A DNA stretch of 64,000 bases. It comes from Piromyces finnis finn (taxonomy: Eukaryota; Fungi; Neocallimastigomycota). The stretch lies in assembly GCA_002104945.1 (NCBI GenBank), contig MCFH01000083.1:62001-126000 (forward strand), written 5' to 3'. Both the position numbers and the translations under genes were made by a program. Positions 24,080 to 37,270 of this stretch are shown here, piece after piece. The notes under the pieces were generated by a model. The model saw nothing but the letters and a program-made list of their open reading frames with translations. It was not told the origin of the DNA and ran no database searches. Each line of letters begins with the position of its first letter. The first letter of the stretch is position 1.

Positions 24080-25828
24080 AATTTAAAATAAAAGAAAAAA
24101 GAAAAAGCAAAAAAAAAAAAACGAAAAAATATAAAAAAATAATAAATAATAAATAATAAATAATAATAAAATAAAAAAGAGCAAAATAAAAACAAAAATA
24201 GAAAATAAAAAGGTAAAAATAAAAAAATAAAATAAAATATAATAACTAAATTAAGAAAAATAATAAAAATTAAAAATAAATTATTAATAAAGAATTAAGA
24301 TATAATTTTATTAAAATAATTATAATATTATAAAATGTATTTATTAAATAAAAAATAATAATAATTATAAAATATATAATAATTAATAATAATTATATTA
24401 ATATATGTAAATTAAATTATATGTAATTTTATTTACCATATATTATATTAATAAATTTGAAATATAATTATAAAATCTTATTTATTAACTCTTTATAATG
24501 ATTTGAAACTAAATAAAATTTAATAATATTAATTATAAAAGTTAAAATACTAATTTATTATAATTCATAAATATTAATTTAATTAGTTAAATTTTTAGTT
24601 TTTTTTTTTTTAAATTGATATTATTTATAAAGTAATAAAAATAAAATTAATAAATAATGAAATAAGGATAAATATCAAAATATAAAAAAAAGCAAATAAA
24701 TAACTGAATTAATTATCGAAAAGATAATAATAGTATTATGTAATAAATATTAAATAATAATGTATTAATATAATAATATAGTTTTAAATTAAATGAAAAG
24801 TATTTAATATTTAATAAAGATATTAATGTAATAATATATTTCAAAATAAAAAGCAAAAAAAAAAAATTTAAATTAATAATATTTTAAAATTAAAAATTGT
24901 GGAATAAATTATTTATTTATATTTAATAATATTATAAACTTTCATATACAAAGCAATACATATAAGCATATAAGATATATAGAACTTTTCTTTTAGTATT
25001 TCTACTCAAAATTTTCTAGAATAAAAGAAAATTTAAAGGAAAATAAATAAAAATAAATTAAATATTTTATTATATAATTTTTATATATATTTTATTATTA
25101 TTATATAAATATTTGAATTAAAAATTTTAAAAAGAATATTTGAAGTAATACTAAATATAACATTTAAAATAAATCAAATTAATTAAGCAATTCGAATTAA
25201 TTTATTTTATATATGATTATTAGTAATTATTAAATTTTTTAAAATCTAAATAATAATAATAGTAATAATATAGTATTATTATTTATTTATAAAAGTGTTA
25301 TATCAAATATTAAAAAAAATAATATGAATAATTTTTTTTTTATTTTATTATTTAGTTTATTTTAATATAAAGGAATAAATATTAAAAATTAGGGTTAGAG
25401 ATTTATTTTTTAGAATTTTATACGTACATAATAATTTATAAAAAGAATACGTAATTATTCGGAATAAAGGGAAAAAAAAATTAAAAATTTTATAATTAAA
25501 TAAAATAATAAAAAACTTTGATTAAAACTCAATAAAGAATTATATACATAATAATATATCTTTAAAATTAATTTATAAAATTTTATTTATATAATAATTA
25601 ATAAATTAAATGTTCCACAATTAATAATATATTGTGAAACTTTAATAAAAAATAAAGATAATAAATATTTTCAAAAGAAAAATAGAATATAGGAAAATTA
25701 AAATAAATTTTATAAAATTCATATGAAAATATTTTATTTTCCAAGGAAGATAAAATTTAATAAAAACAGAAACATAAAATAAGATAATATAAAAAATTGA
25801 AAAGTACAAATACTATAAACTTAAAAGA

Positions 25829-26206
25829 ATGTTTATAAAAAAGAATTTTAACAATTTATATTTTGTTAAAAAGTACTTGAAAGAGTATAATGAACTTGAA
25901 AAAATATTAAGTGATCCTGAATATATTTTAAGTCAAAATATTGAAATTTGCATTAATGAATATTATGTTATGTTATTTTGTTGTTCAATTTCAATGATTC
26001 ACAATAATTTTAATTATTTTATTATTAAAGCATTATTATATAATATTTTTGATAGTTCTTATTTTGATGTACTTGATAAGAAACTTGTTTTTTTTAAGTA
26101 TACGTGTGAAGAACCATATATTAGAAAAATATTTAATATATTATGTTCAACTCCACATGAAGTATTTAATAATTATATTTTAATAAAAGATTATAATCCT
26201 AATTAA
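25829..26206 (+). CDS. Hypothetical 125-aa protein
   Basis: ATG-initiated ORF with mixed composition inside otherwise non-coding AT-rich DNA; no motif recognised. Confidence 0.4.
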   Translation: MFIKKNFNNLYFVKKYLKEYNELEKILSDPEYILSQNIEICINEYYVMLFCCSISMIHNNFNYFIIKALLYNIFDSSYFDVLDKKLVFFKYTCEEPYIRKIFNILCSTPHEVFNNYILIKDYNPN

Positions 26207-26416
26207 AAAAAAATTCTTTTTTTTTTTTAGATTTTTATAAATTGAAAGAATTGTTATTTTTATATATATGTATTTGGTATATATTTTACTTTATGTATAT
26301 AAATTTATATAATTTTTAAAAAGCAAATTTAATATGTTTTATCATAAATATTATAAAATGATTTTTTTACGAATTTAAATAATTAACAAACAAATTGTTA
26401 TATATAGTATTTTATT

Positions 26417-26875
26417 ATGGATTTGCTATTAATATCGTTGATAACTTTTACATTTTTTGCTAATTATATTTTAGCGAAAATAGATAAAAAGGAGTTCTGT
26501 TTGCATAACTATAATGGTATCACAAAAATAGTTGATCCCTTTTATATCAACTCTAAAAATGAAACGATTTATTTTGATACTATTGAAGAGTATTCGAAAT
26601 ACATTGGACCTACATGGTTTGGCGTAGCCTATTGTGGTAATAATACTATTGTTAATAATGTAGGACGTTATTTTAAATATATTGGAGATGATGTTAATCC
26701 ATCAACAGATATTACACCAACAGAAATAAGCGATAAATCAGATGAAGCAGAAACTGAAGGAGTATTTGAAGAAGATGACATGTACAACGATGATGCAAAT
26801 GAAGTTTTTGTTGTTAATAAAGTAAGTTCCAAGAAGCAATCTAAAGTCAAAAGGTACATGAATTTTGTTAAGCGA

Positions 26876-26918
<43 letters not shown>

Positions 26919-29900
26919 GTGATAATTGTAATGATAATGGTAATGACAATAAAAATTTTTTGAATCTACATACCAAAGAAGAATTTACAAATTATTATAG
27001 TAATCTTTATGATAAGTTGATGGATCCTGAGAAGCCATTAAAATGTGTTCCATTGAATAGTGTTAATCCAGCGTACAATCCCTATCATCCTTTATTGATT
27101 AGAACAACCAATAGAGAAAGAGCAAATATTATAAATAATATGGGTACTGTGTATGGAGGTAATAGTAATAAAATAATGGAATTTATTAAAGATAGTAAAG
27201 ATATACAACCATGTGGAATTGTTATGAAGATGAAAGATTCATCTATTTCGTGTAGCGTTCGAATTTCAAATACAATTGATGAAAGTGTGACTATTACAGA
27301 CAGCAATGGGAAAACTTATCATCAAGCATATGGAGTTGTTTATAGTGATACTAATTCATTTTCTGATGATATTAATACAGTTTTAGAATTGTCAGTATCT
27401 TCGACAGAGAGTAAATCACTTTCATATTCCGAATCCGATACGGTTTCTAAATCAGCTGAAAGAGTGCTTTCATATACAAAATCCAAAGGTAAATCTGTTA
27501 CAGATTCAAGTGAAGACACTCACACTGATACTCACGAGAGCTCTTATGCTTATACAGAAAGTGAAGAACATTCTCATGCAAGAAGTGATGGTGGTGAAGT
27601 TGTTGATGAGACTAATTGGAGTAAAAGTGAAGAAATATCACATGTTGAAGAATATAGTCGAATGGAAAGGAAGGATTATGAAAAAGCCAAATTAAAACAA
27701 AAAAGAAATGATGTAGTATCGTTATGCAAACGTGAAAGTATTTGTATTCCTTGTGATGTTGTTGATACCGTTACAAATGTAGTTGGTACTGCTGCTAATA
27801 TAGGCTTGCAAATACAATCTAATAATTTACAAAAAGAGTCTAATGATATAGCCAGAAATTCCACAGAAGCTGCTTACATAGCTAATGATATCGCTAGAAA
27901 CTCCACAGAAGCTGCTTTTATTGCTAATAATATAGCAAGTAATGCCAATGAGATTGCAAAAGACGCTAATGCTGCTTCATGGAAGGCAAATAATTTAACG
28001 TTACAGTCGATAGAATCTCAAGAAGATATAGCAAGGAAAGACAGAGAATTGCAAAGAGAACTTAATGAACTTAATGCACAACAAGAACTTGCTATTGCAT
28101 TTGCAGGTACAAGAACTACAAGTGATAGTTATAGTACGGTTAAAAGTGAAGGTGGAAGTCATAGTCAGTCTGAAAATTGGTCTGATACCTATACCGATTC
28201 TACAGGTATTAGCAACACCTGGACTACATCTGATGGATATTCCGATTCACATACTCAAGGTCATTCGGAAACAACTACTGAAGAAAGTACTCGATCTGAT
28301 TCTATTTCACATTTATTAACAAATACATTTACTAAAGATAAAGGTTGGAGTTTTGAATCTTCTAATACTAATTCAGCATCCAATAGTTATTCTTACGGCA
28401 AATCAAATACAATATCCCATACAAATGATATTTCCATAGACCAGTCTATTGAAGTATCGGCTGAGAGATCATATCAGAAATCGGTTTCAAGATCTAACAC
28501 CGAAGAACATAGTAAAACTCTCGAATTCCATATTCCAGATAATGGTTGTTACAATCTAACAGCTGTTCCTTTATTTAGATCAGAAGTAAATATTTGGGCG
28601 TGTGGTGACTATGATATATACGGAAATTATTATACACGTTTTCAAAAAACCATTCATCCAATTGAATTAACAGATTTTGCCAAAACACCAATTGAATGCA
28701 ATAAGGAGCAAATTGATCCAGTTATTATTGATAACAATTATCAGAATAGAAATTATATTCCTGATAACGGCATGCCTAAAAACACACTAATTTCAGGTCA
28801 AGTTTTAAATAAAGGCAATAAAATTAAATCACGCAATGGTAAATATTATTTTGGATTATTGGATGATACAGGAGAATTAGCTTTATGTAAAGGTGAGTTC
28901 AAAAAAGAAAATATTGTGTGGAGTAATGGTATAGATTTTTTGAAAGATGATAAATACAATCTTAAATTTAAAGTAAATTATAACGGACATTTGGTTGTTA
29001 CAGCAAAGAATATATTTTCAAAATATAGAGTAATGGATACTGATCAAAATAATGATGTAAATATTAATATTAATAATAATTCCAAGTTATCAAAGCGTCG
29101 TAATGCATTAGATAGATTATCTTCATTACTAGATAATAAAACAACAACAACAACGACAACAACTTCTACTACTACAACAACTACAACTACAACTACAACT
29201 ACAATTAATACTACTACAACTAATAAAACTAATTCTATTGCTATTACAACATCCACAATCGAAAATACAAATAAAAATACTAGTAAAGAGAGTTCAACAT
29301 CTTCATCTAATTTAATTGTTTCAAAGGCAACCGAGAATTTAAGTAGCTTAATATTTTCTAGTACTTATTCTACCACATCTAATGAACCTACATCGACTGC
29401 TGTTAACACATCTACTAATACAAGTAGTTCTGAACCAGTTAAAATGGCTAATTATAGAAATACCGAGGAATTCATTATATGGGATTCATTACCTAAAGAT
29501 TTACCATTCAATGTAGGCTACTCAGATGGATCGGGATACTCATTGGTCTTAAATGACGACGAAAATACCGATTATTGCACTTTAACATTATATGATGGTG
29601 TAGGTGTAAAAATTTGGGAAATTAAGCCAGGGCAGTATGATTATATAGGATATGCGTTTCCAAGAGAATATAATATGCCATTAGCATTCGAAACTAAAAA
29701 AGCTGAAAAAGATATTAGTAAGTATGATTTTCACAATGTTATTAGACCGGAAGTAAAAGATGTATTTATTCATAAAATGAGCTTCACTTGTGATACAAAG
29801 ATGCGCGAAAATGAGGCGTTGGTATCAAGTAATGGCAAATATAGATTTTATGTACAACCATCAGGTAATTTAGTTATTAAAGAAAATTCCAGAACGATGT

Positions 29901-32900
29901 GGTCTTCATTAACTGCTAATATTGAAATATTTGAGGCACCATATATTTTGTCATTCTCACCATTGGGCGAACTATTATTGAGAGATAAAAATAAGTTTTT
30001 AATATGGCACACTGTAAACGGAGATTCATTTAAAAATACAGAAAAGATTGAAGACATTCGTAAATTTTCCTTAATATTATCAGATGATGGTGAATTATAT
30101 ATCGAGGATAATTATCATAATATGTATTGGAGTTCATGGCCTGTAAGATTATATAATCAACATATACGATATGTTGAGCCAATGATTTATGATATATCCA
30201 TATGTAAGGAAACTATAAGAAATAAATACATCTACGATCTCTTTTCCAATCCAAATATTTATAATTATTATGAAGATCCAGATGACTCAACTACCTATGT
30301 TCGTAAATACTATGTTAATAATTTATTACCAAATGAGTCATTGCTTTCAATATACCATGCTACTTTAAATGTTACAGATACTGAAGTTGTATTTTATTAT
30401 AAGTATAAAGATAAAATGCATTCAAAGGAATTGGCCAGTTGCAGTAAAAATTCGAATGTTAAGGAATTGAAATTAGAAAAAAATGGTTTATATTTGTATT
30501 GTAATGATAACACCTATAAAACTATTGCTATGGTACCAGAGAATCAAAAATATTATCGTCTTTCTATTGAGAAAAGATATAAAATGGATTATCCTGATTT
30601 AATGATATACAACACCAAAACTAAGGAGTTCTTATGGGGATTGAATCCAGTTAAATTTTTGTATAGTGTTGTTCCCAATAAAACTAAATATGGTGAATAC
30701 AATAGAATTGTTACTGCTAATACATTTACAACATTTGATAGATTAATATCTTATAATGGTGGTGGAAATCATGTGTATATGTCCAATTCTCATGGATTAG
30801 AATTGAGTAATTCAGCATACACTGAATTTAAGAGCTTATCCCTATTGGATGATAACTTTTATATTAATGATGAAATAATTATTAAGAATGAAAAAAATAT
30901 GGAACTTTCTTATGATGGTATCAATGATAAATTAATAATCACAAATGATGCCGATACATTGTGGGAATTATTTGGAAGAAAAAAATGTAATAAATTTATT
31001 TCTTCTGATGAAAATTGTAATACTCTATAGTCCTTTAGTGAGTTTTACAATGACGAAAATGAAAAAACTTTTCATTTAGCTTCATATTGGCTATTATATA
31101 AAAGTAATACGTTTTATATTTTTAATATAATAGAGTATCTTAAAACCATTAATGAGCCAATATTTTCAATGAAACTAAATGAAAATGGTGACATTACATT
31201 AAACAATAATAAATATATATTTCACAAAGAATATTACAAAAAGGATCAATATTACGAATTAATTACCAATAATTATAATTTAATATTAAAATCAAGTACT
31301 GGAGAATATAAATGGGCACTTGGAGATATCTTCAACCGTGCCTATAATGCAGATATCTTAAAAATTGGAGATTCTTTCAAAGAAGGTGAAATGTTATTCT
31401 GTGATGATTATTCTCTAATTATTCTTGGCGGTAAATTATTGTATAGAGACCACAAAACATTTAATGAAGTCGACATTTTAAATTTAAAAAATAACTATGT
31501 TTCAAAATTAGCTATAGGATTTAGAAGTTTAACATTCTTTGATAAAAGTAATGAACCAATTTATGCGATTATGTCACCTGATAGTGTTGATTATCCTGAC
31601 AGCTGTCTTAAATGTGATAAAATCAATAAAGGAGTGTATTGGGATGACGGTAATGGAAATTCATTATGGAGTTATCCTAAGAATTTACCAAAAACCGATA
31701 CTACTACAATTACTTCAACTACCACCACTACCACCACAACCACCACTACTACTACTACTACTACCACTAGCATTATGCAAACTCCTCAAACTATTGTTTT
31801 TACTACACATGTTACTAACTACTCAACCGAATATATAACAGAATCACAAACTAGTATAGCCACTAAAACTAGTTATAGTTATGCAACTTATACCAATGTA
31901 AGTTATCAAGGAAGTATTGGATCAAAGTATTACCTAGGTATAAATGAATTAAAAGAATATGTCACACTTGAAGCTAAATATGGTGGAAATAATAAACAGC
32001 CAAGCAAGTATATTAAATGGTTAATTAAATCTGAAAAGGAACCTTCATATATGCATATAGTAAATAATAATGGTGAAATATCAAATTATTGTTTAGACGT
32101 AGGTAAAAGTAAAAACAAATATTCTTACTATTTAAGAATTAGTAAATGTTCAGAAGACACTTACTTATTTAAATATAATGTGCCATTTACTGATTATGAA
32201 AATTCAAAAATAAATAATCCAAATAATATTATTGTTTATAAAAACGATAATTCTTTATTTACTAATAGTAACGGTGTACCATATTGTATTTATTACAGCG
32301 ATACATTGCGTATAGAAGAGTGTAAAGATCCTAAAGATTATGAAAATTTCAATTGGAAAAAATACAATAATGGCTATTTTACTGAAACTTCCACAAAGAC
32401 TAAATTACAAACTTCTACTGAATATCTTACCAAGAGCACAGTAGTACCAACCATATTAACTTCAACAATAACCTCAATTTTATTACCTACTTTTTCACCT
32501 ACTTTTTCACCAACTACGTCTACTACAACGAATATAAGTAGTATTACTACTAAGGATATAAATCCTACACAATCCATTGATTTACTATTTATTCCTTTAA
32601 CCTTTAAAGGTATACAAAATGGAAATTCCAGTATTTTCTTAAGTGTTCCAAAATTAGGAACAAATGAATCTTTTGATATGAGAATATCTGACAGCTACTA
32701 TACATGGTTTGTTACTTCAACTACAAATCCTTCTTATCTTTATCTATCTGAAGGTATTTCAGGAAATATTGGAAATCCAACAAATTATTGTTTGGATTTA
32801 GGCGACTTTGTTCATAATGAAAAGGATAACTATAATTATTTACGTATCGAAAATTGTTCTAATGTAAAGTATAAATTTATGTATAATGCTTCAGATAATG

Positions 32901-33064
32901 CTAAATATGGAACAATTAATGTTTACGATATCAATGGTAATCCTCTTTCTATTAATAATGACTTTATGTGTATTTACTATTCAATGACACCTCGTGTCGA
33001 TAAATGTGTTGATCCATCCCTTAATACTAAAATGGGTTGGGAAATGTCTCTAATAAAAAATTAA
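26417..33064 (+). CDS. Giant secreted multidomain protein: aerolysin/ETX-MTX2-like Ser/Thr beta-hairpin region, bulb-type lectin repeats and C-terminal beta-trefoil-like lectin modules; one in-frame TAG at 31028-31030
   Basis: Hydrophobic N-terminal signal. The two track ORFs (26417-31030 and 31169-33064) are in the same frame, and 31031-31168 is open. Bulb-lectin-like LISGQVL..IKSRNGKYYFGL and ALVSSNGKYRFYVQPSGNLVI..MWSS; YCLD.G...LRI..C motifs occur twice; poly-Thr linkers. Confidence 0.75.
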
Positions 33065-33197
33065 TAATAAATTAAATTATTAATTATTATTATCATCAAA
33101 TAATTATAATTTATTCTATTAATTAATTAAAATGTATAGATTTATAGAAAAAATAAAAAAATAAAAAAAATAGATAAAAATATAAAGATAGAAATAA

Positions 33198-33231
<34 letters not shown>

Positions 33232-33661
33232 TATGAAATATGAAAAATATTTAAAATAAATAAATAAATAAATAAAAAGATAAATAGAAAAAAACAAAAA
33301 AAAAAAGAAATAAATAGGATAGGGTCAATAAAAAATATATATATAATAATAACAAAATTATATATATTTTTTAAAATTTTAAATATTTCTTTTTTAGTAT
33401 CAGTTTTCTATCTTCATTTATTGTTATTTTTTTTAAACCGTATAATATATTATTTATTATGATTATAATAACAAAATTTTCATGTAAAGAAATTATAAAC
33501 TATTTTATATTTTTATATTACTTTTATAAAATGATTTTATAAGATTTTAATAAAAATAATTATAAAATAAAATAAATTAGAAATTACATATATATAAATA
33601 AATATATATATATATTTAAAAAAAAACTATAAATTCAAGCAAAAATTTTTAAACAGAAGAA

Positions 33662-34380
33662 ATGAAAACTGTTACATTATTAGTATTTTTAAGCTTTTCT
33701 GTTTTAATTTATGCTAATTCGATTAATTTTTTGAAATTATTGAAAAGAGATGTTGCATTTGATGGAGATACTTTCAAGAATAGTATAAGTGAAGAATGTT
33801 TAAATGAATATAAAAATTCAGAATATAATGAATGTTTGCCTACAATTACATTGGATAATTTTAAAGGTGAGTGCTTAAAAATACAAAATGAAAAATGTCA
33901 AAAGTTTTATGAGGATCCATTAAAATACTATCCTATTTGTGGAAATTTCCCAGCTTTTAAAGAATTGTATCAGCCAAATATGATTAAAAGTTTATTACAA
34001 GGTTATGATATATATTGTCAAACTAATGAAAATGGTGATTTATGTCCATTTTCTATAAATGTAATAACAAAAATGATAATATTGAAATTTTAAATGAACA
34101 ATGTAAATCTAAAAAATGCACTGAATCTTTACTTAAGGTCTATAAAGAAATAAGTAAGGATCAATATACAGCTTATGAAAATTCATCATTCACTTCTGGA
34201 AATTATTCTGATCAAGATTTAAATGAATTAAACCATATTATTTCTACATTAGAATCGGAACAATGTAAATCTTCACATGTATCAAATGATAACGAAACTA
34301 GTGATTCTATTTCTATTAAGATCAATAATATTTTATTAATTTCATTATCTTTATTATTATTAATTTTTTATGAATTTTAA
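33662..34380 (+). pseudogene. Cys-rich secreted, probably GPI-anchored surface protein, broken by a frameshift at ~34045-34090
   Basis: Signal peptide and Cys-spaced domain in ORF 33662-34093. The continuation (LNEQCKSKKCTESL...Ser-rich stalk, hydrophobic C-tail) is in the overlapping frame 34042-34380. Confidence 0.75.
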
Positions 34381-35048
34381 ATAAAATAAAAATTTACTAT
34401 TTTATAACTATAGTATTTTTTACTAAATAATTAATAATAAAAATATATAAAAAAATTAGATATACTAAAAATTAGTATTTAGATCAATTATTTAAAAGCT
34501 CTATAATATTAATATGTTTTAATCATATTAATAATAATTATAATCATATAATATTATAAAATTTATTTTCTATCAAATAAATATATATTATATATTATAC
34601 TTGTTAATTATGTAATTATAATATAACAAAATTATTAAAAAATTATAAATAATTAATTATATTTTAATTATATAATAAAACAAAATAATAATAAAATACT
34701 ATTACATAAATGTTTTTTTTTAGATCGTATTTTTTTTTAAAAAAAAAATATTTTAATCTTCTTTTTCCTTTCCTTTTCTTTTTTTTTTTTAAAAAAAATT
34801 TTTTTTATTTATTTGTTATTTAATTAAAAATATATATACTAAAATAATATCAAAAAGATTAATTTTAAAAGAAATTATACGTATGTTAATAAATATTTTA
34901 TATATATAATAAATAAAATTAAAAGTTTTTTTTAAAAAAAAATTATTAACTAATATAATATAAAATAAGAAATTTGCAATATTAAGCCTTTATTTAAAAA
35001 GGTTTTATATTATATATTCCATATATATATATATATTTACTTTCATAT

Positions 35049-35897
35049 TTATTCTACATTTATATTTGAGTTAATGTAAGAATCATAAGAAAAATACATA
35101 ATATTATAATGAGAATTAATTACATTTATAATGTTATTATACATTACAACAGGATTATTTTCAGTGATATCACTAATTCTTTTATTAATATCATTAATGT
35201 CATATGGAATACCATATTCACCAAGAAAAGATATAATCTTTTTATATATTGGTTTATCTTTAAGTGAATCAATCGATTTTAATGATACCTTTGCATACAT
35301 ATTTGATTGGAGATCTTCACCATACTTATTAACTTCAACATAATGTGTTGCCATATAATAGCTTTCCTTTTTATCTGAAGAAATATAATGAATAACAAAT
35401 ACTCCAGCTCCAAAATAACCTGAAAATTCAGTAAAAAATAAAATGTAAGAATTGACAGAATTTGAAGTACTTTCAATTTTCAAAGGCCATTTAGTATTGA
35501 TATTATAATCTAGTGGTAACTTATTTTGAGATATCCATTCATTTCCTAATAATACTGTATTAGCAATAATTTCATATTTGTATTTATTAGCAACCATTTT
35601 TATGTGTTCAGGTAATGGTAACTTACCTTCAGAACGTAAATGTGTACCACAATAAACATGACCAGGAGTACACTTATTTTTGCAAGTAGTTTTATTCCTT
35701 TTGATTGCTATACAAGTATCATTAATGGAAAGTTTATTCATTTCTTTTATTGGTGGTTGATTACTAATTTCACTTTCTAAATTCTCAATTATACTTTCTT
35801 TTTTAATATCTAAATTATAGCTATTATTGAAAACCTCTACAGCTTTATTAGTGATTTCATCAATAATCGTATTATAATATTTTTCTAAATTTTCCAT
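35049..35897 (-). CDS. Virus-type hypothetical protein with a DUF5763-like C-C-C-H motif
   Basis: CIAIKRNKTTCKNKCTPGHVYCGTH resembles the small CCCH module common in giant-virus proteins; 282 aa, intronless. Confidence 0.6.
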   Translation of the reverse strand: MENLEKYYNTIIDEITNKAVEVFNNSYNLDIKKESIIENLESEISNQPPIKEMNKLSINDTCIAIKRNKTTCKNKCTPGHVYCGTHLRSEGKLPLPEHIKMVANKYKYEIIANTVLLGNEWISQNKLPLDYNINTKWPLKIESTSNSVNSYILFFTEFSGYFGAGVFVIHYISSDKKESYYMATHYVEVNKYGEDLQSNMYAKVSLKSIDSLKDKPIYKKIISFLGEYGIPYDINDINKRISDITENNPVVMYNNIINVINSHYNIMYFSYDSYINSNINVE

Positions 35898-37270
35898 TTT
35901 TTATTTTTTTTTATTTTTTTTTTACTAATTTATTTATACTTTTTAATTTTAGTTTTATATTTAATTTATATTAATATATTTGAAAAATAGAAAAATAAAA
36001 GAGAAAGAAAACAATAAAAGAATTATTTAATTATTTTTATATTAATATATAGAAAAATAAATATCATTTTAAGATATAAAATAATATAATTGGCGAATAA
36101 AAAATAAACTTTAATTTATATTACACATTGTTTTTCAATATAATTGATAATGAAAATGAAATTTCTGAAATATAAAGAAGCTTACTTCTATATTGAAAAT
36201 TTTATTATTTATATTTATATTTGTATTTGTATTTGTATATATATACATATGGATATATATATATAATTTTTAATTTTAAACTTTATACCTATTTTATTAT
36301 TATATAATATAGAATATAAACATTAAACTATTATTTTTTTTTAATAATATACTCTTCATTTTATAATAAAAAAAATAATAAACTTAAATTATTTAATTGA
36401 TATTTATAATAATATTAAGTACCGTTATAATAGCTTTTATAATTCAATCTCTATGTAGAGGTAACTAGTTATATAGTTTGATATAGATTATGTCACAAAG
36501 AGCATTAATGCTGAAGAAATAGTAGGACAGGTCAGGAGGGCCAGCGCAACCAATGGAGATCATAATTTTGTTTCTTGATAAAATTTTGTTCTTTGGCTCT
36601 GTGTCCCATTGGAAGTCAAATACAATTATTATACTTTAGTATAATAATCATGGCTTTCTTATTTTAATTAAAATTACAAGAGTACATATACCCAATTTTT
36701 TATTCATTTGTGTTTATTTAAACATTTTTTTTTTTTTATTTTTTATTTTTAATTTTTAATTTTGTTTTTTTTATAACATGTATTATAATTTTAATTAAAT
36801 TAATAATAAAGTTTAAAAATATTTGATACTGTAAAAAAAAAAAAGGATTATGCCATTGGTTCGAATCCGACTATTTACTTTTTTTATAAATTTATGTTTT
36901 AATTGAACAAACAGTTTAATAAATTATATATAATATAAATATATATATAAATAGAAAATAAATAAATTTATATTAATTTATTTTCCAATCATGTATGTAG
37001 GAAATGTAGGAATGTAGTATAGAACAGAATTAATGAATCTAAATATTCATAATGATTTCTCTTTTTTGTTATTTATTAAAGATATTTTTAAAATACTCAA
37101 TAATTTTAAAATGATTATTTAAATATATATAAATTTATTTATCCTTCACAAAAAATTCAAGTTACCAAGAATTTATTTTGGTCCATTTAATTAATTAATA
37201 TTAAAATTTGATTTTTCATTTTATTAAGTTCCATCATTTCATTTTAATTCATTTTATATAGAATAAAAAT

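Noticed and set aside
25793-25800. Mimivirus-type AAAATTGA early promoter before ORF 25829 and near some viral genes
   Set aside because: Expected many times by chance at this AT content and not consistently positioned upstream of the viral ORFs.
34380-35049. Terminal inverted repeat or target-site duplication marking the left end of the viral block
   Set aside because: Only homopolymer and AT runs are visible; no boundary can be supported, so the left limit is given as the first viral-type ORF.
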